NCBI GenBank assembly: GCA_034780895.1
Contig: JAUZTB010000068.1
Location: 32,511,319 to 32,575,318 of the forward strand
Direction of reading: 5' to 3'
Length of the DNA stretch: 64,000 nt
From: Rhynchobatus australiae
Lineage: Eukaryota
The notes below the pieces were generated by a model that saw nothing but the letters and a program-made list of their open reading frames with translations, was not told where the DNA came from and searched no databases. The position numbers and the translations under genes were made by a program. Positions 1 through 13,580 of the stretch are shown here, one piece after another (the first letter of the stretch is position 1; each line of letters opens with the position of its first letter).

Positions 1-707
1 GAAATAAAATCGGCAAGCTATCAGCCCACTGATTTGAGTGATTATTTAGATGTGACAACAGGGAATTTTCAGCTGAGGATAAGCAAATACATAAAAACAT
101 AAAAAACGGTGGCCTTTTAGGCCTGGTCTGCCATTCATTGGGATCACGGCTGAGCTTCTACTTCAACACCATTTTGTTGCACTATTACCATATCCCTTGT
201 TTCTTCCAGGAACACATATCTTCTCATCTCAGACCTAAATAGCCTGAGACAACGATCCTCATTCTAATCTCCCCAGCCAGGGTAAACATCTTCACAGCCT
301 CNNNNNNNNNNNNNNNNNNNNNNNNNNNNNNNNNNNNNNNNNNNNNNNNNNNNNNNNNNNNNNNNNNNNNNNNNNNNNNNNNNNNNNNNNNNNNNNNNNN
401 NNNNNNNNNNNNNNNNNNNNNNNNNNNNNNNNNNNNNNNNNNNNNNNNNNNNNNNNNNNNNNNNNNNNNNNNNNNNNNNNNNNNNNNNNNNNNNNNNNNN
501 NNNNNNNNNNNNNNNNNNNNNNNNNNNNNNNNNNNNNNNNNNNNNNNNNNNNNNNNNNNNNNNNNNNNNNNNNNNNNNNNNNNNNNNNNNNNNNNNNNNN
601 NNNNNNNNNNNNNNNNNNNNNNNNNNNNNNNNNNNNNNNNNNNNNNNNNNNNNNNNNNNNNNNNNNNNNNNNNNNNNNNNNNNNNNNNNNNNNNNNNNNN
701 NNNNNNN

Positions 708-837
708 CTTTGGAATGTGGGAGGAAACCCATGCAGACACGGGGAGAACGTACAAACTCCTTACAGACAGCAGCCGGAATTAAACCCAGGTCGCTGGCGC
801 TGTAATAGTGTTACACTAACCGCCATGCTACCATGCC
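708..837 (-). mobile_element. tRNA-derived V-SINE, 5' part
   Basis: Reverse complement shows a tRNA-like head and the V-domain (gagtttgtacgttctccccgtgtctgcatgggtttcctcccacattccaaag). Same family as 19997-20264. Confidence 0.85.
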
Positions 838-924
838 TTCTTCTGCTTATAGCTCTGTTCTGTATAGTGTATGCAGCAACCTTCATTAAAATTATGCAAT
901 TATCACTCATCTCATATGTCTCAT

Positions 925-1266
925 GATAAAAGGAGGCTATTTGGCCCTTTACATCTCTGCTGACTCTCAGAGCATTCACATCAGTCCCATTCACCCATTT
1001 TATTTTCCTGTAACCTATTTTCTCTTATGTGCCCATCAGCTCCCACCTAATTCTACAACTCCCCACCTGCACAATGGGTAATTTATAGTAACTAATTAAC
1101 CTACTAACCAGCACAATTTTGGGATGTGGGAGGAAACCGGAGCACTGGGGGGTAACCCATGTGGTCACAGGGAGAACATGTAAAATCCATACAGGCAATA
1201 GCAGAGATCAGGATGGAACCATGGTCAGTGAAGCTCTGAGGCTAATTGCTGTACCACTGTACCGCC
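925..1266 (-). mobile_element. Older V-SINE copy with CR1-like tail
   Basis: gggatgtgggaggaaaccggagcac...acccatgtggtcacagggagaacatgtaaa is the reverse-complemented V-domain. Confidence 0.75.
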
Positions 1267-3544
1267 TTAAACTCTACAAACATTCCATTAGCTTACAACT
1301 TGTGATAATCCAAAAATTGATTTTCACATTTTGTTTATATACTAAGACCATAATAGTTTAAAGAGAAAATAACAGATTTATCTAATTGAAGAACTTCACT
1401 GAGGGTTGCACAAGAAAAAAATTCCAGATATACCTTCTTTGAAAAATGATTTCTTCTCTACCAACCTTTGGTTCTTATTTTTCATTCAATCTCCTCCATT
1501 GCATCAGCATCAACATCAGAAAAAACAACTTGAAACTTGTCAATTGCAAAATCTGGTTGTGAAACTATGAATATATTCTGGAGAAAGAAAACCATTTGGT
1601 TCATCAAGTCTGTTCCTTCATCTTTCATCTAGATGTTTTTATCATGACAGGCTACCCATACTTGACAAGCAGGGAAAAAAATCTCAGTATTATCTCCTGT
1701 GATTTGCTAGATTTCACTGCATTTAGAAAAGCTGCATTCCTGTCAAGACATTCATTCATACCACAGTATAAACAAAGACGTTCTGAACAACTATACTGCT
1801 AATATTTTTTTAATATGATCAATGGCAATTTTGAACTAGTTTATGGCCAAAAATTGTATATAATTTTCCAGCAAACTCTCTAATTGTACTCAGATGACAC
1901 AACTATTTTGATTCCTAGAACTTAGTGTGATTCTTCTGAACCTTGTTGTCACTCTTTAGCAATCTTATTGTCTAAAAGCACACTATTAGTCTTTCTCTAC
2001 TTGTTTCTATCTCTCTGCTACTTTATTTAATATAATAGCCAGTTTTATTACATCAGCTTTTCTTTTAGTTTAGCTTGCTCTGTTTATTTGCTTTAGGGAA
2101 TGCAAAATGTATGTTTTATGTTGAACTGCTGAAAAGTAATTAGCAATATTTTGACAAAGGGAGAAATGAGCTCTTGATCCAAACCATAAATACAGCAGCT
2201 CAACTAGAGCTGGTAAAATAACAAAAATTATCTTGTTTTATAACTTGCTATAAATTTTCTAGATAATAGGTTCCATGTACTAATTTACCTTCTGGCTTCA
2301 AAGCATAGTTTAATCAACATCTCAGCCTGCACAAAACTCAGCTGCTGGGACATGACATAATGGGCAATTATACAAGTTATTAACTTATGCCAATTGGAAA
2401 CTGGCCAATCTAAAATTATTTTTTGGTCATTGTACCTTCTGCTGAAAAGTATTAAATGTTTAGACATATCTCATCATCCCAGTCCTTCAATTCACTGTCC
2501 TGTTAATGTTTAGATTGTCACTTCAATACTAATACGTTGTTTGAATCAGATGAATTATTTTTAAATGCAATTTTTTTATTTTTACTTCATGCTTGGTGAA
2601 GAGGGTAATACTTCTACCTCTTAATAATGTACATTTCATTTTTAGATAAAAAGGTAATAACTTTGTGTTTAATAAAGCTAACTCACACAGAGTACTCACT
2701 AGATTCACAAGTGAATACAAAAGGAAATTTCAGAATGTATTTTCCTTCTATAAGAATATTAAATATTTGAGCATGAGGGATGAGTATGTTTGCAAACTAG
2801 AAACTCCATGTCAAAAGATTCAAAAAAAATATGGAGGTGCTATCACAGAAGTCCAGAGTACAAATACACAAGTTAGAACCCTTACTAACAGATCCCTTTC
2901 ATTCAAGCAAAATAAGGTACTGATCTGTGGGACTTAAATAGCCAAGAAATATAAATAAAGAATATACATTTTGCACACCTATATTTTTAGAACAAACTGA
3001 ATTTAGACCAGGGTTAACTGTCAGAGCTGATGGCGAAGGAGAACACAGCGTATGAGAGGAATCCTTGATCAGGGTGAAATCAAACACCAAAGTTACTGTG
3101 AGATGCTTGTTTGCCCCCAATTAGACAACCATGTGAGGAGCAGAAATATAGGGAAGATCTGAGTTATATAAAGGCATAGTCAAAAATATTGATCTCTGTG
3201 ATTGTACAGGAGGGTTATCCAGCAGCAAAATGTAGTGTTGTGTGATCATACAATCTACTACTAGCCCATTGTTTTTATTATACAAACTATATCAAAATGA
3301 TGGAGGGGTTTCAATGTCACACCTCTGTTCAAAGTAGAGATTAAATTGTAATTACACATCAGTTCGTTGTTGGTAAAGTCTCAAGAATCCATGATTTGAG
3401 AGCATTTAGAGATGAAGAGAATACTCGAAGATGGCCAGAGTGGGTCTGTTAAATGCAAATCAAATTTCTAGAAAGTTTATGCTGTTATTAAAAGAAGTGA
3501 CAAGTTATATAGATAAAGGGGATCCTACAGACATGGTACAGAGA

Positions 3545-3800
3545 ATAACTTCTCTACCACTGACGTTAGACTCACCTGCTTGTAATTTTCTGGCTTACTC
3601 CTGCTGTCCTTCTTGAATAAGGGTATCATATTTGCTATCCTCTGGTGATCTGGTACCTCACCTGCGGCCAGCGATGATTTCGAAATTTCTAAGGAACCCA
3701 GCAATTTCCTCCTTTGCACACACACACACACACTGCATTTTTCATCCCTAGTGACCCTACTTCTTCCTTGGTTATCCTCTTGCCCTCAATATACTTATAA
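3545..3800 (-). mobile_element. CR1-type LINE ORF2 fragment with short (CA)n
   Basis: Minus-strand translation VPDHQRIANMIPLFKKDSRSKPENYKQVSLTSVVEKL is the start of a CR1 RT domain. Confidence 0.8.
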
Positions 3801-4974
3801 AATGTTTTGAAAATGTAAATTATATCTGTGGAAAGAGAAATGGAGTCAAGTTTGAAGTCCGCAGCTCTTAATCAGTAATGGAAAAGAAAGAAATCAGATT
3901 AGTTTTAAGTTGCAGAGATGGTCGAGGAAAGATGGACAGGACCAAGGGAGTATCTCTGATAGGCAAGTCCAGGGTTGTCAAGGTGAGAAGCTGTTAATGA
4001 AGCCAACTGGTTTGATAGAAAGGTGGTAGACAAATAGGAATCATGGGGCTAGTATGAGACTCGAGGAAAATAGAGGGACATGGGCATTCTGTAGGTAGGA
4101 GGGAATAGCTATGTTGGCACAACATTGTGGGCCGAAGGGCCTGTTCTGTGCTGTACTGTTCTNNNNNNNNNNNNNNNNNNNNNNNNNNNNNNNNNNNNNN
4201 NNNNNNNNNNNNNNNNNNNNNNNNNNNNNNNNNNNNNNNNNNNNNNNNNNNNNNNNNNNNNNNNNNNNNNNNNNNNNNNNNNNNNNNNNNNNNNNNNNNN
4301 NNNNNNNNNNNNNNNNNNNNNNNNNNNNNNNNNNNNNNNNNNNNNNNNNNNNNNNNNNNNNNNNNNNNNNNNNNNNNNNNNNNNNNNNNNNNNNNNNNNN
4401 NNNNNNNNNNNNNNNNNNNNNNNNNNNNNNNNNNNNNNNNNNNNNNNNNNNNNNNNNNNNNNNNNNNNNNNNNNNNNNNNNNNNNNNNNNNNNNNNNNNN
4501 NNNNNNNNNNNNNNNNNNNNNNNNNNNNNNNNNNNNNNNNNNNNNNNNNNNNNNNNNNNNNNNNNNNNNNNNNNNNNNNNNNNNNNNNNNNNNNNNNNNN
4601 NNNNNNNNNNNNNNNNNNNNNNNNNNNNNNNNNNNNNNNNNNNNNNNNNNNNNNNNNNNNNNNNNNNNNNNNNNNNNNNNNNNNNNNNNNNNNNNNNNNN
4701 NNNNNNNNNNNNNNNNNNNNNNNNNNNNNNNNNNNNNNNNNNNNNNNNNNNNNNNNNNNNNNNNNNNNNNNNNNNNNNNNNNNNNNNNNNNNNNNNNNNN
4801 NNNNNNNNNNNNNNNNNNNNNNNNNNNNNNNNNNNNNNNNTAAAGCTTTTATTACGTACATAAAGTTTTATATTAGAAATGTTACTTTCATTTGCTTTAA
4901 GAATCAGTGAAGAAAGGTTACTGGGGTAATGGAAGTGTGAAAATGTTTTGGGAAATTTAGGTGAATGCACTCAG

Positions 4975-5280
4975 GCTTTTGCCCAGGGTTGGGGAATCAA
5001 GAACCAGAGGGCATAGGTTGAAGATGAGAGGAGGATTATTTAAAAGGAACTAGATCAGCAAATTTTTTTTTAAACAGAGGATGGTACGTATATGAAATGA
5101 GCTGCCAGAGGAAGCTGTTGAGGCAGGTACAATACAATTTTTAGAAGACAGTTGGACAGGTACGTGGATAGGAAAGGTCTAGAAGGATATGGGCCAGACA
5201 AACAAATGGAACTGACCTGGATGGGCATTTAGGTTGGTATGACACAGCTGGGCCAAAGGACCTGTTTCCATGCTGTCTAA
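4975..5280 (+). mobile_element. CR1-type LINE 3' end
   Basis: Typical end of ORF2 plus 3'UTR (aaccagagggcataggttgaag...gagctgccagaggaag...gggccaaaggacctgtttccatgctgt). Confidence 0.8.
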
Positions 5281-5529
5281 ATTGCTTTGCATAGAAAGTT
5301 GTTAAAGTGCGGAAGGCTTTGCCAAATGGAGTTGCTGATCAGAGTGATTCACCCATGGAATGGATTCCAGAGTTCCAGAATTATTAAAAAATATGATCTT
5401 TCATTGGGAAAATACGTGTTTTCTAAATGGATAAAGACAAATCAAATGGTTCTCCTGATCCTTATTGTATTGTGCTAATATTACTTTGCAAGAAAGGGGG
5501 GGCTGCAAGTGAATCAAATGCACGTTAAA

Positions 5530-5960
5530 TAAAGTTGTATTTGTGCAGCATCTATCACAATTATTCCAAATAACGTTACAGTCAATTGAGTCTATTCGAG
5601 ATGTAGTCATTGCTGTAATGTATGAAAAAAGTATATTTTTTACAGTGAAGTTCCACAAACATTAATGAAATTATGACTGGACATGTTGAAAGATTTGGTT
5701 GAGAGATAAATGTTGATCCATATATAGATGAAAATTTCCCCAGTATTCTTTGAATAGTGTCTGGAAATATCTGTATTCACCTGAGAGGAAACACAAGAAC
5801 TATGGTCCAAAGTTTTAATTCTACGACAAAGCTTTGACAGGGCTTTTGAGAGTGTTAAACACCACTTACATGGGTGATGTACTTATTTTGAGCCAGAGGC
5901 TTGAGTGCAGTACTTTCTGACTTAAAGTTACTATTATGTACTGAGCCAATGCTGACACTT
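5530..5960 (-). mobile_element. Decayed Deu-domain SINE (SacSINE1-like)
   Basis: Recognisable reverse-strand blocks (ggttgagagataaatgttg, ctttgaatagtg, ttcacctgagagg, ttctgact...actgagcca..gctgacac). Similar remnants at about 41810-42030 (+), 51530-51780 (-) and 59990-60250 (-). Confidence 0.6.
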
Positions 5961-6319
5961 CACCCAATTCTCCTTGCCACTCAGGTGGAGTATTTAACTG
6001 AAGTATCACTTAAATTATATGTATTATTTAGCTAAAAATCAGCAATTATTTATACCCAATTGGAATTGGGAGCGTATTTACAGAGACGCAAACATGGAAT
6101 GGTAGGTAGTGGTGAGGAATGAAGATCTGTCAATCCTGAATGTAAAGTATTACTGTAGATGGTCAATGGGAAGCTAGAAGCCACAGAGATGAAATGGAGG
6201 TGAACTTAGTGCAAAGAATTGGAAACCATGGGAGGCCACAAATCTACATTAAGTACATAGATTTCTGCTTTCTGATTTTCTTTCTTTCAGTAGAAAGGAG
6301 CTTAAAGAAATTGAAACAT

Positions 6320-7470
6320 GATCTCCGGCCATCAGCACCCCGCTGGCCGTTCGCTGCAGATGAAGAAGTATTGATATTGGTTTATTATTGTCACTTGTAC
6401 CGAGGTACAGTGAAAAACTTGTCTTACAAACCGATCGTACAGGACAATTCATTACACAGTGCAGTTACATTGGGTTAGTACAGAGTGCACTGATGTAGTA
6501 CAGGGTAAAAACAATAACATAGAGAGTAAAGTGTCACAGCTACAGAGAAAGTGCAGTGCAATAAGGTGTGAGGTCACAAGGCAGATCGTGAGGTCAGAGT
6601 CCATCTCATCGTATAAGGGAACCGTTCGATAGTCTTATCGCAGTGGGGTAGGAACTGTCCTTAAGTCTGGTAGAACGTGCCCTCAGGCTCCTGTACCTTC
6701 TACCCGATGGAAGAGGAGAGAATGTCCCGGGTGGGTGGGGTCTTTGATGATGCCGGCTGCTTCACCAAGGCAGCGAGAGGTAAAGACAGAGTNNNNNNNN
6801 NNNNNNNNNNNNNNNNNNNNNNNNNNNNNNNNNNNNNNNNNNNNNNNNNNNNNNNNNNNNNNNNNNNNNNNNNNNNNNNNNNNNNNNNNNNNNNNNNNNN
6901 NNNNNNNNNNNNNNNNNNNNNNNNNNNNNNNNNNNNNNNNNNNNNNNNNNNNNNNNNNNNNNNNNNNNNNNNNNNNNNNNNNNNNNNNNNNNNNNNNNNN
7001 NNNNNNNNNNNNNNNNNNNNNNNNNNNNNNNNNNNNNNNNNNNNNNNNNNNNNNNNNNNNNNNNNNNAGGGAAGGGACAGAGGGAGAAGAGGGAGAGGAG
7101 AATGGGCCAGCACGACAGACAGGCCTAGAGAGGCAGCGGGCGGCAGCTGGGCCGAGCAGAGACGGGCAAGGCACCGGCCACATCAGAGCCGGTCTGAGCT
7201 GGGAGTGAAACGCGAGGGAGTGACTCCTGGATTGTTTCCGGGTTACTAAGGGAGTTAGCACAAGCTGTGGCTTGGCCATGGGAGAGGAAAGGGATGCGGG
7301 CTATTGCTTGGTTAAATTTCTGTGGGTGTTTGAATTCTTTTGTGGAGTGCGATGGAGTTATGATAGAGCAAAGTTCATCAGACTGTCTTGATTAGACGTA
7401 TAGGGCAGAAAGGTGTAACGTGCTTGGGCGGAACGAACTACTTCGGGTCTTTTTCCAAAAAACTCACGGA
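6320..7470 (+). promoter_or_regulatory. Candidate CpG island / PTP4A2 promoter with non-coding exon 1 possibly hidden in the gap at 6793-7067
   Basis: GC- and CpG-rich non-repeat sequence at 6320-6360 and 7068-7470 surrounds an N gap in otherwise CpG-depleted DNA. GC content decays downstream, as at the start of a first intron. No exon is directly visible. Confidence 0.4.
6365..6792 (-). mobile_element. Rex1/Babar-type LINE 3' end, CpG-retaining
   Basis: Minus-strand translation SRCLGEAAGIIKDPTHPGHSL, then (frameshifted) PSGRRYRSLRARSTRLKDSSYPTAIRL, is the Rex1 ORF C-terminus. The 3'UTR ends in gtgacaataataaacc. The element runs into the gap. Confidence 0.85.
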
Positions 7471-7699
7471 ACTTTGTCTGTCTGAGCCATTTATACACAG
7501 ACTGACAGATTTATTTTTATGCAACTACCATAATGTTGGATGATTAAACAATTCTTGCGTATTGAGTGTCTGTATGTGTATTGTGAAGGCAAAGCTTTGT
7601 GGAAGAAATGGAATATGGTGGGTCTGGAGACAAAGTAAGAAAGATGTACACATGGACTCTGGCTTTCCTGTACACTTGGTTCATTAAAATTATAAATTT

Positions 7700-8250
7700 A
7701 TAGAATAATAGAAATGCATCTGTGGAGGAGGGGAACCATTTGACCCTTCAATCCAATGCCGGCTTTTTCTGGAGCAATTCAGTTTTATTTTCCTCTTTGT
7801 AGATGTGCAAATTTTCCCCCAAGTGCTTGTCTAATTCCACCTTGAAAGCCCTAATTGTCTTTGTTCCCACCACTTTTCTAGATAGTTCCATATAACAATA
7901 GTTATCTAAACAAAATAAGTTCTCCTTCACCTTTTGTCCCCAACTCTTCACCCTTTGTCTTCTTTCTTTCCATGCCTCCCTCATACTTTCACTTAAAACT
8001 TTTCCCTATGGGTACGTGAACCAACCTATAATGGGAATGGCTTCTATCTCTTTGCTGTATCCGCAGTCTATCAAATTCCCTTTGCTCCAAGAACAACCAC
8101 AATCTTTCCAGTCTAACCTTGTAGCTGAAATCCTCGGAGTCATTCCAGTCAATATTTTCCTCACTCCCTTTACAACTATCACAAACTGCCAATAGCGTTA
8201 TGACCAGAAATGGATAAAGTATCCCAGCTGTGACCTAATCATTGATTTTC
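7700..8250 (-). mobile_element. Decayed CR1-type LINE 3' portion
   Basis: Minus-strand peptides FSYKVRLERLWLFLEQR and TIRAFKVELDKHL. Confidence 0.75.
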
Positions 8251-9388
8251 TAACATGAGAGNNNNNNNNNNNNNNNNNNNNNNNNNNNNNNNNNNNNNNN
8301 NNNNNNNNNNNNNNNNNNNNNNNNNNNNNNNNNNNNNNNNNNNNNNNNNNNNNNNNNNNNNNNNNNNNNNNNNNNNNNNNNNNNNNNNNNNNNNNNNNNN
8401 NNNNNNNNNNNNCCGACGGGTTCTCTGAGACCAGGGAAGAGTTATACCACCTTACAGCACAGCACTGACCCGTGGCCTCGGTGAATTACTCCTGCTTCCT
8501 GCTTGAAATGTTGCCTCTTTATATTCTTATTTATTCACTCATGAACTTGACTGGTTTGTAGTAAAGTTATAAAGCTAAGAAATGTGTCTTCGCCCTCATT
8601 TCAAAAGTATTTGTTTTTGTTCTGTTCATCAATTTTAATATTTATTTAGATACATATTTCAAAGAAGTGATTGTGGTGTAATTTCCTGAACTTTTCTCTG
8701 AAACTGCTGTTTTGACATTATGCAGATGAAAATATTTTTAGCCATGAAAGTTGCTTAAATTGTTGCTGCTAGTGTGGTTGGGTTACTGAAATTTAGTATG
8801 TTTAAAGGTGCTAATGATTTCTGCAATAAAACAGGATGCAGTAAGTACTTTCTTGTGAAAAGTAAATGTCCACAAAACCAAGTGTCATGCTTTCAGTATT
8901 TTAAGGGTATGTGCCTTTAGACATTCTGTAAACTGCAATTCAGTGGTTGAATGTGTTTCATGGTATAGACTGGGAACTGGAATCCATTGTTTCTGACCAC
9001 TGGAATGCAATCCTAGTTATACTCTTTCATCCTGGTGGCATTCATTGTATGGGATTTGAAATGAGACATGCCTACTAGAATGAGATGCTAGGTAGGCCTT
9101 CCTGAGAAATGATATGCCAGAACTGGACTTGTCTAAAAATGAAGGTGGCAGGCTGAAGAACAAGAATTACTGAGAAGTAAAACCAGAAATTGCTGCTTAA
9201 GAGGTTTCTCCAGGAGCTATTANNNNNNNNNNNNNNNNNNNNNNNNNNNNNNNNNNNNNNNNNNNNNNNNNNNNNNNNNNNNNNNNNNNNNNNNNNNNNN
9301 NNNNNNNNNNNNNNNNNNNNNNNNNNNNNNNNNNNNNNNATAACTTTCACATCCACAGAACTCCCCAGTGACTATGCAGACAACAAAA

Positions 9389-9609
9389 GTAAAAAAAAAA
9401 TTTGAAACCCCTCAGCTACTCGGATAGCATCTGCAGAAAGAGAAACTGAGGTAGAAACAGTTAATATTTCCGATCCAAGATCCTTTATCACTTCTGATGA
9501 AGGATCTTCAACATTAAGAGTTAACTCTTTTTCTCTATCCACAGATGCTGCCTGACCTGAGTGTTTCCAGGATCTGCTTTTATTTCAGGTTTCCAACATC
9601 TGCAGTTCA
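9389..9609. mobile_element. Palindromic non-autonomous element built from two inverted Penelope-type terminal repeats
   Basis: Left arm agcatctgcagaaagagaaa...agttaa...aagatcctttatca pairs with right arm tgatgaaggatctt...ttaact...tttctctatccacagatgct. Degenerate 16-bp flanking direct repeat at 9373-9388 and 9610-9625 (13/16). Confidence 0.7.
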
Positions 9610-11859
9610 TGTGTAGGCAACAAAATGCTTTTTGAAGTGTAGATGAGGCCGTGATTTGTTTTCTAAAATTCCACTGCTGTCATTATATGCTATAAACTTT
9701 GATCAACCAACAGAATGTTATATGGAAAAGCATAGTCATAGGAAGACTGATGTTTGTTGATATTCTAAATTTATCAAACAAAAATGTATGGTTGTCTACC
9801 TAGAATGGTTAGTAAATGAGCTTCAGTGTCTCGGAATAATCAACCTCTTAAAAAAAAAACTATTATCAACATCAAGAATCTCTGAATTTTTTGCTCTGAT
9901 TGTCAATCAAATCTTGAGAAGGAGAAAACTGTTGTAATATGACTACTCAGGATAAATCCAAAGAAAGTACAGCTATCCTAAAATACAGGATGCATGTAGC
10001 ACATTGAACTGCTTTTATTACGTTCAGTTCACTGATTTGATCGGTGTTGTACTGAAATACAAGCTAATTGACAGCATGCTTCATAGAAGACTTTTCAATC
10101 TGATGGTGGTATTTGCAAATTACTTACACTTGTACATTAAAGAGTACATTCATTGAAAGATGCAAATTATAACATTGCCTTTCGTCTTAGCTTCAGTTAA
10201 GTATTCTTAAACCTGAATAACCAAGTTGGGATTATTGGTAGGGCTGCATATTTGACATACCTTGTGCTCCTAATGCTTGGATCTCAGTGGGACGTTGCAG
10301 TTTTATGGATTACTCCTATGACAAAAGTGAAGTATTTTTTTTATTTCTGTTTAAAAATTCAGGAATTATTTGCAAAACAGTTCCAAGACTGAATGAGTTA
10401 TACAGGCTTACAGATTCAATTATTAAGTTCCATATGAATCAGATAAGTTTTTCAATANNNNNNNNNNCAGAGGACATAGTTGAACCTCCTACACGCGACC
10501 TGCCTTTTGGGAAGTATTTTTTTCTGCTTTCATTCTTCAGGTGGATCTCTTGTTGCCATTTGGATTTCAGTAAATTTGTCAGGTGAAACTTTGAACCATA
10601 CTTTTTTTCCCCAAAATTTTGTCATTCCAAACTGGAGTACAATTGATCTATAACACCAGCATAATGAATTGCACTAGTTGAATGTAATATATGATGAATT
10701 TGGAATATCGCAACAAGAACATACTTGATGACTTCAGCTTAATTTTTCCTGAGAGAATATCAGCACTGCAACTCTGTTACCCCAGTAAGAAAATTTGAAT
10801 AATTCAGTGATTCTTTTCCACCGTTTTTATATTTGACAATACTAAATGGGAAACTGTAACTGAATAATGTAAGCTTTGATCATATCGTATCTGTTTGTTG
10901 ACTATCCTCTGTAGGAGATTTCTGTCTGCTTTCTGTTTACATGGTCTCTTTTTCCTAAAGCTGAACACTTCATGTGCCGGAGATGTTAGGGCAAGTGTTC
11001 ATCACTCAGTAATGTTTGGCAAAGGATCTGGGAAGCTCTTTAGTTAATGAACAAAAGTTAGAGGATAAGCTATTACTTACAGAACAGCTAAAGATATAAA
11101 ATAAGAGAGCTGAAGTGTATCTTGTGGATGAGCACCTTGCATTCACTTGCAGAAGAGCAACACAGTATCCCTGTCAGAAGCTTTGGATATGTCCAAGCTA
11201 GTAACGTCATAAGTCAAGATGTTTAAATACATAATGCATGACATGTGTTTGGAATTCCTAAACAGCAAGGCTTGGGTTTGGAAACTTCTAGGACACTTCT
11301 CTGCTTTAAAAAGTTGTGCTGCCGTCCCAGCTAATGATGATTAATTTTAAGAAGAAAATAATTTAGAAATCTATTCCATGTGATAAACACTTTGAAGTAT
11401 TTAAATGGGATATTTACTGGTGCTTTGTTAATGCAATACCCTGGTCAGTCATCAATGAAAAAATTACTTGCCTTTTTCTGAATCTGGGGGATTAAGTTGA
11501 ACTGGGCACGTTTCAGATTTTTAAGTTTTTACTGCTTTGTGTTCACAGTGAAAATGTATTCTTTCTAAGAAGATTTGATTTGTCAAAATGACTTTTTTAG
11601 TGCAGAAACGTTGGATTCCATGAAAACAAAAATTCATGCCTAATTCGAGATGTGTATGAGATTCAACATCTTCCATCTGAATTAAAGTATTTTTCATGCT
11701 GGTCATTTGATGGAGTTAAAAGGGCTTGGTTCTCATGTCTGAGTCCTGGAAATGACATGTAAAAGCTAAACTTGGTGTGAAAATATGGAACATGTGTCAT
11801 GATTCTGAGTGTACTGGCAGAAGAAGGATCTTTATTGTATAAGCATAGTTCACAGGAAA

Positions 11860-12770
11860 TAAAAGCAAGAGTAGGCTTCTGATGCCTGCTCATGCTTCAA
11901 TAAGATTGTGGCTGATCTTTTATCTCATGCCACTTCTGTGCACTAACCCCACATGCTTTGATTCCCTTAACATATATCTATCAAAAAAATCTATTACTTT
12001 CTTTCTTGAATATGCTCAATGACCAAGACTACACTGTCGTCATTGGTAAAGAATTCCTAACATTTACTATCTTGTGGGTTAAGACATTTCTTATTATTTA
12101 TCCTGAATGGTCAATCCTTTACTTCGATACTGTGACCCCTGGTTTTGGACATGCCAGCCAAGGGAAGCATCGTTACTACGTCTACCATAGCAAGCTACGT
12201 ATTGCCAGTGGAATAACATCTCATTTATGTAAGAGTTTGCTTAAGTTCTCGTTAGACAAACCCACCATCTAGTGAATCTACATTGCACTCATTAGTCACA
12301 AGCATTTCCTCCCTTTGGTAGGGAGATCAGATCTTCATACTGATTTGGCAGTCATCAGGGCTGGATCAAGTTGTCTCTGCTCTTGTACTCAAATCCTCTT
12401 GCAATAGAAACGGACCTGCCCCATGTCTTTCAATTTGCTGTATCTGCATGATAACTTCAAGCATGAGCACAAAAACAGGAAATGTTGGAGAAAAACTCAG
12501 CTGGTCGGGCAGCATCTGTGGGAAGGGAAACAATTAATACTTTGGGTCTGCAGCCCTTGTATGAATACGTACAAGGAACCATAGTTTCTCTGGATAGCTA
12601 TAAGTTTAAGACTTTAGCCATTTTAAAAATATTTGCCATTCTATTTTATCCACCAAAGTGGATGACTTCACATTTTTGTGCATTTATATTCCATCTGCCA
12701 GGTCCTTGCCCAGACAGGTTAGGTGAAAATAATTCCCTGAAGGCTCTGTATCTCCATAGCCCATAATATC
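11860..12770 (-). mobile_element. Decayed CR1-type LINE, interrupted at about 12470-12560 by a Penelope-type terminal-repeat fragment
   Basis: CR1 3' tail (caagagtaggc...caataagattgtggctgatc) and RT C-terminal remnants. The insert reads aaatgttggagaaaaactcagctggtcgggcagcatctgtggg. Confidence 0.6.
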
Positions 12771-13307
12771 AATCAGTTTTCAGTCCAAATGATCACTGAT
12801 CCCTGCAGCATTCCTCAAATCATAACCTCCCAACCTGAAAGTGATCGCATTTATTCCTACAGTTGTCTGTCTGCCAACCAATGCTGAATCAATACCAATA
12901 TGTAATGCCACCTTTTCCAACACCCCCCCCCCCCCCCCAGCAAAACTCTGCATCCTAATGTTGTTTNNNNNNNNNNNNNNNNNNNNNNNNNNNNNNNNNN
13001 NNCCCTTATCTGTTCCAGTTACAGATTTGTCAAATGTGCTTTCCCTTTCATAAACTTATTCAATATTACTTTCTAACAGTCCTATTACCACTTCTGTAGG
13101 AATGGGTTCCAGCACTCTTCCTATAACTCGAAATTTACTTGGGATCACCAAGCCCAAGTAAATCTATTAGCTGTTGACAAAGAAGGGATTATGGTTATGT
13201 AGAGTTCTTCATTATATGCACCAGACACTTTGATAAAGCAGGGCCAAAACAAAACATCTGCAAATTATAGATGTGTTGTAAAAAGAGAATCTCGCAAAGG
13301 ATTGCAC

Positions 13308-13580
13308 AAAGGCACAGTGGTTAGTACTGCTGCCACACAGCTCCATCAACCCAAGTGTGATCCTGACCTTTGGTGCGATCTCTGTGGAGTTTCCGCCAAG
13401 TGCTCCAGTCTCCTCCCACGTGCCAAAGGTGTTTGGTGGGTTGGCTGCCGTAGATTGGCTCTAGAGTAAGGGGGAGGGGTTGATGGGGATGCAAGAGGAA
13501 AAGGAGAATTAGTGTGGATGAGTTCTCTGGTCAGCACAGACATGGCTAAAGGGCCCATTTCCATGTTCTGTGACTGACTC
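13308..13580 (+). mobile_element. Decayed V-SINE
   Basis: ggcacagtggttagtactgctgcc head, tgctccagtctcctcccacgtgccaaag core and a CR1-like tail. Confidence 0.65.
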
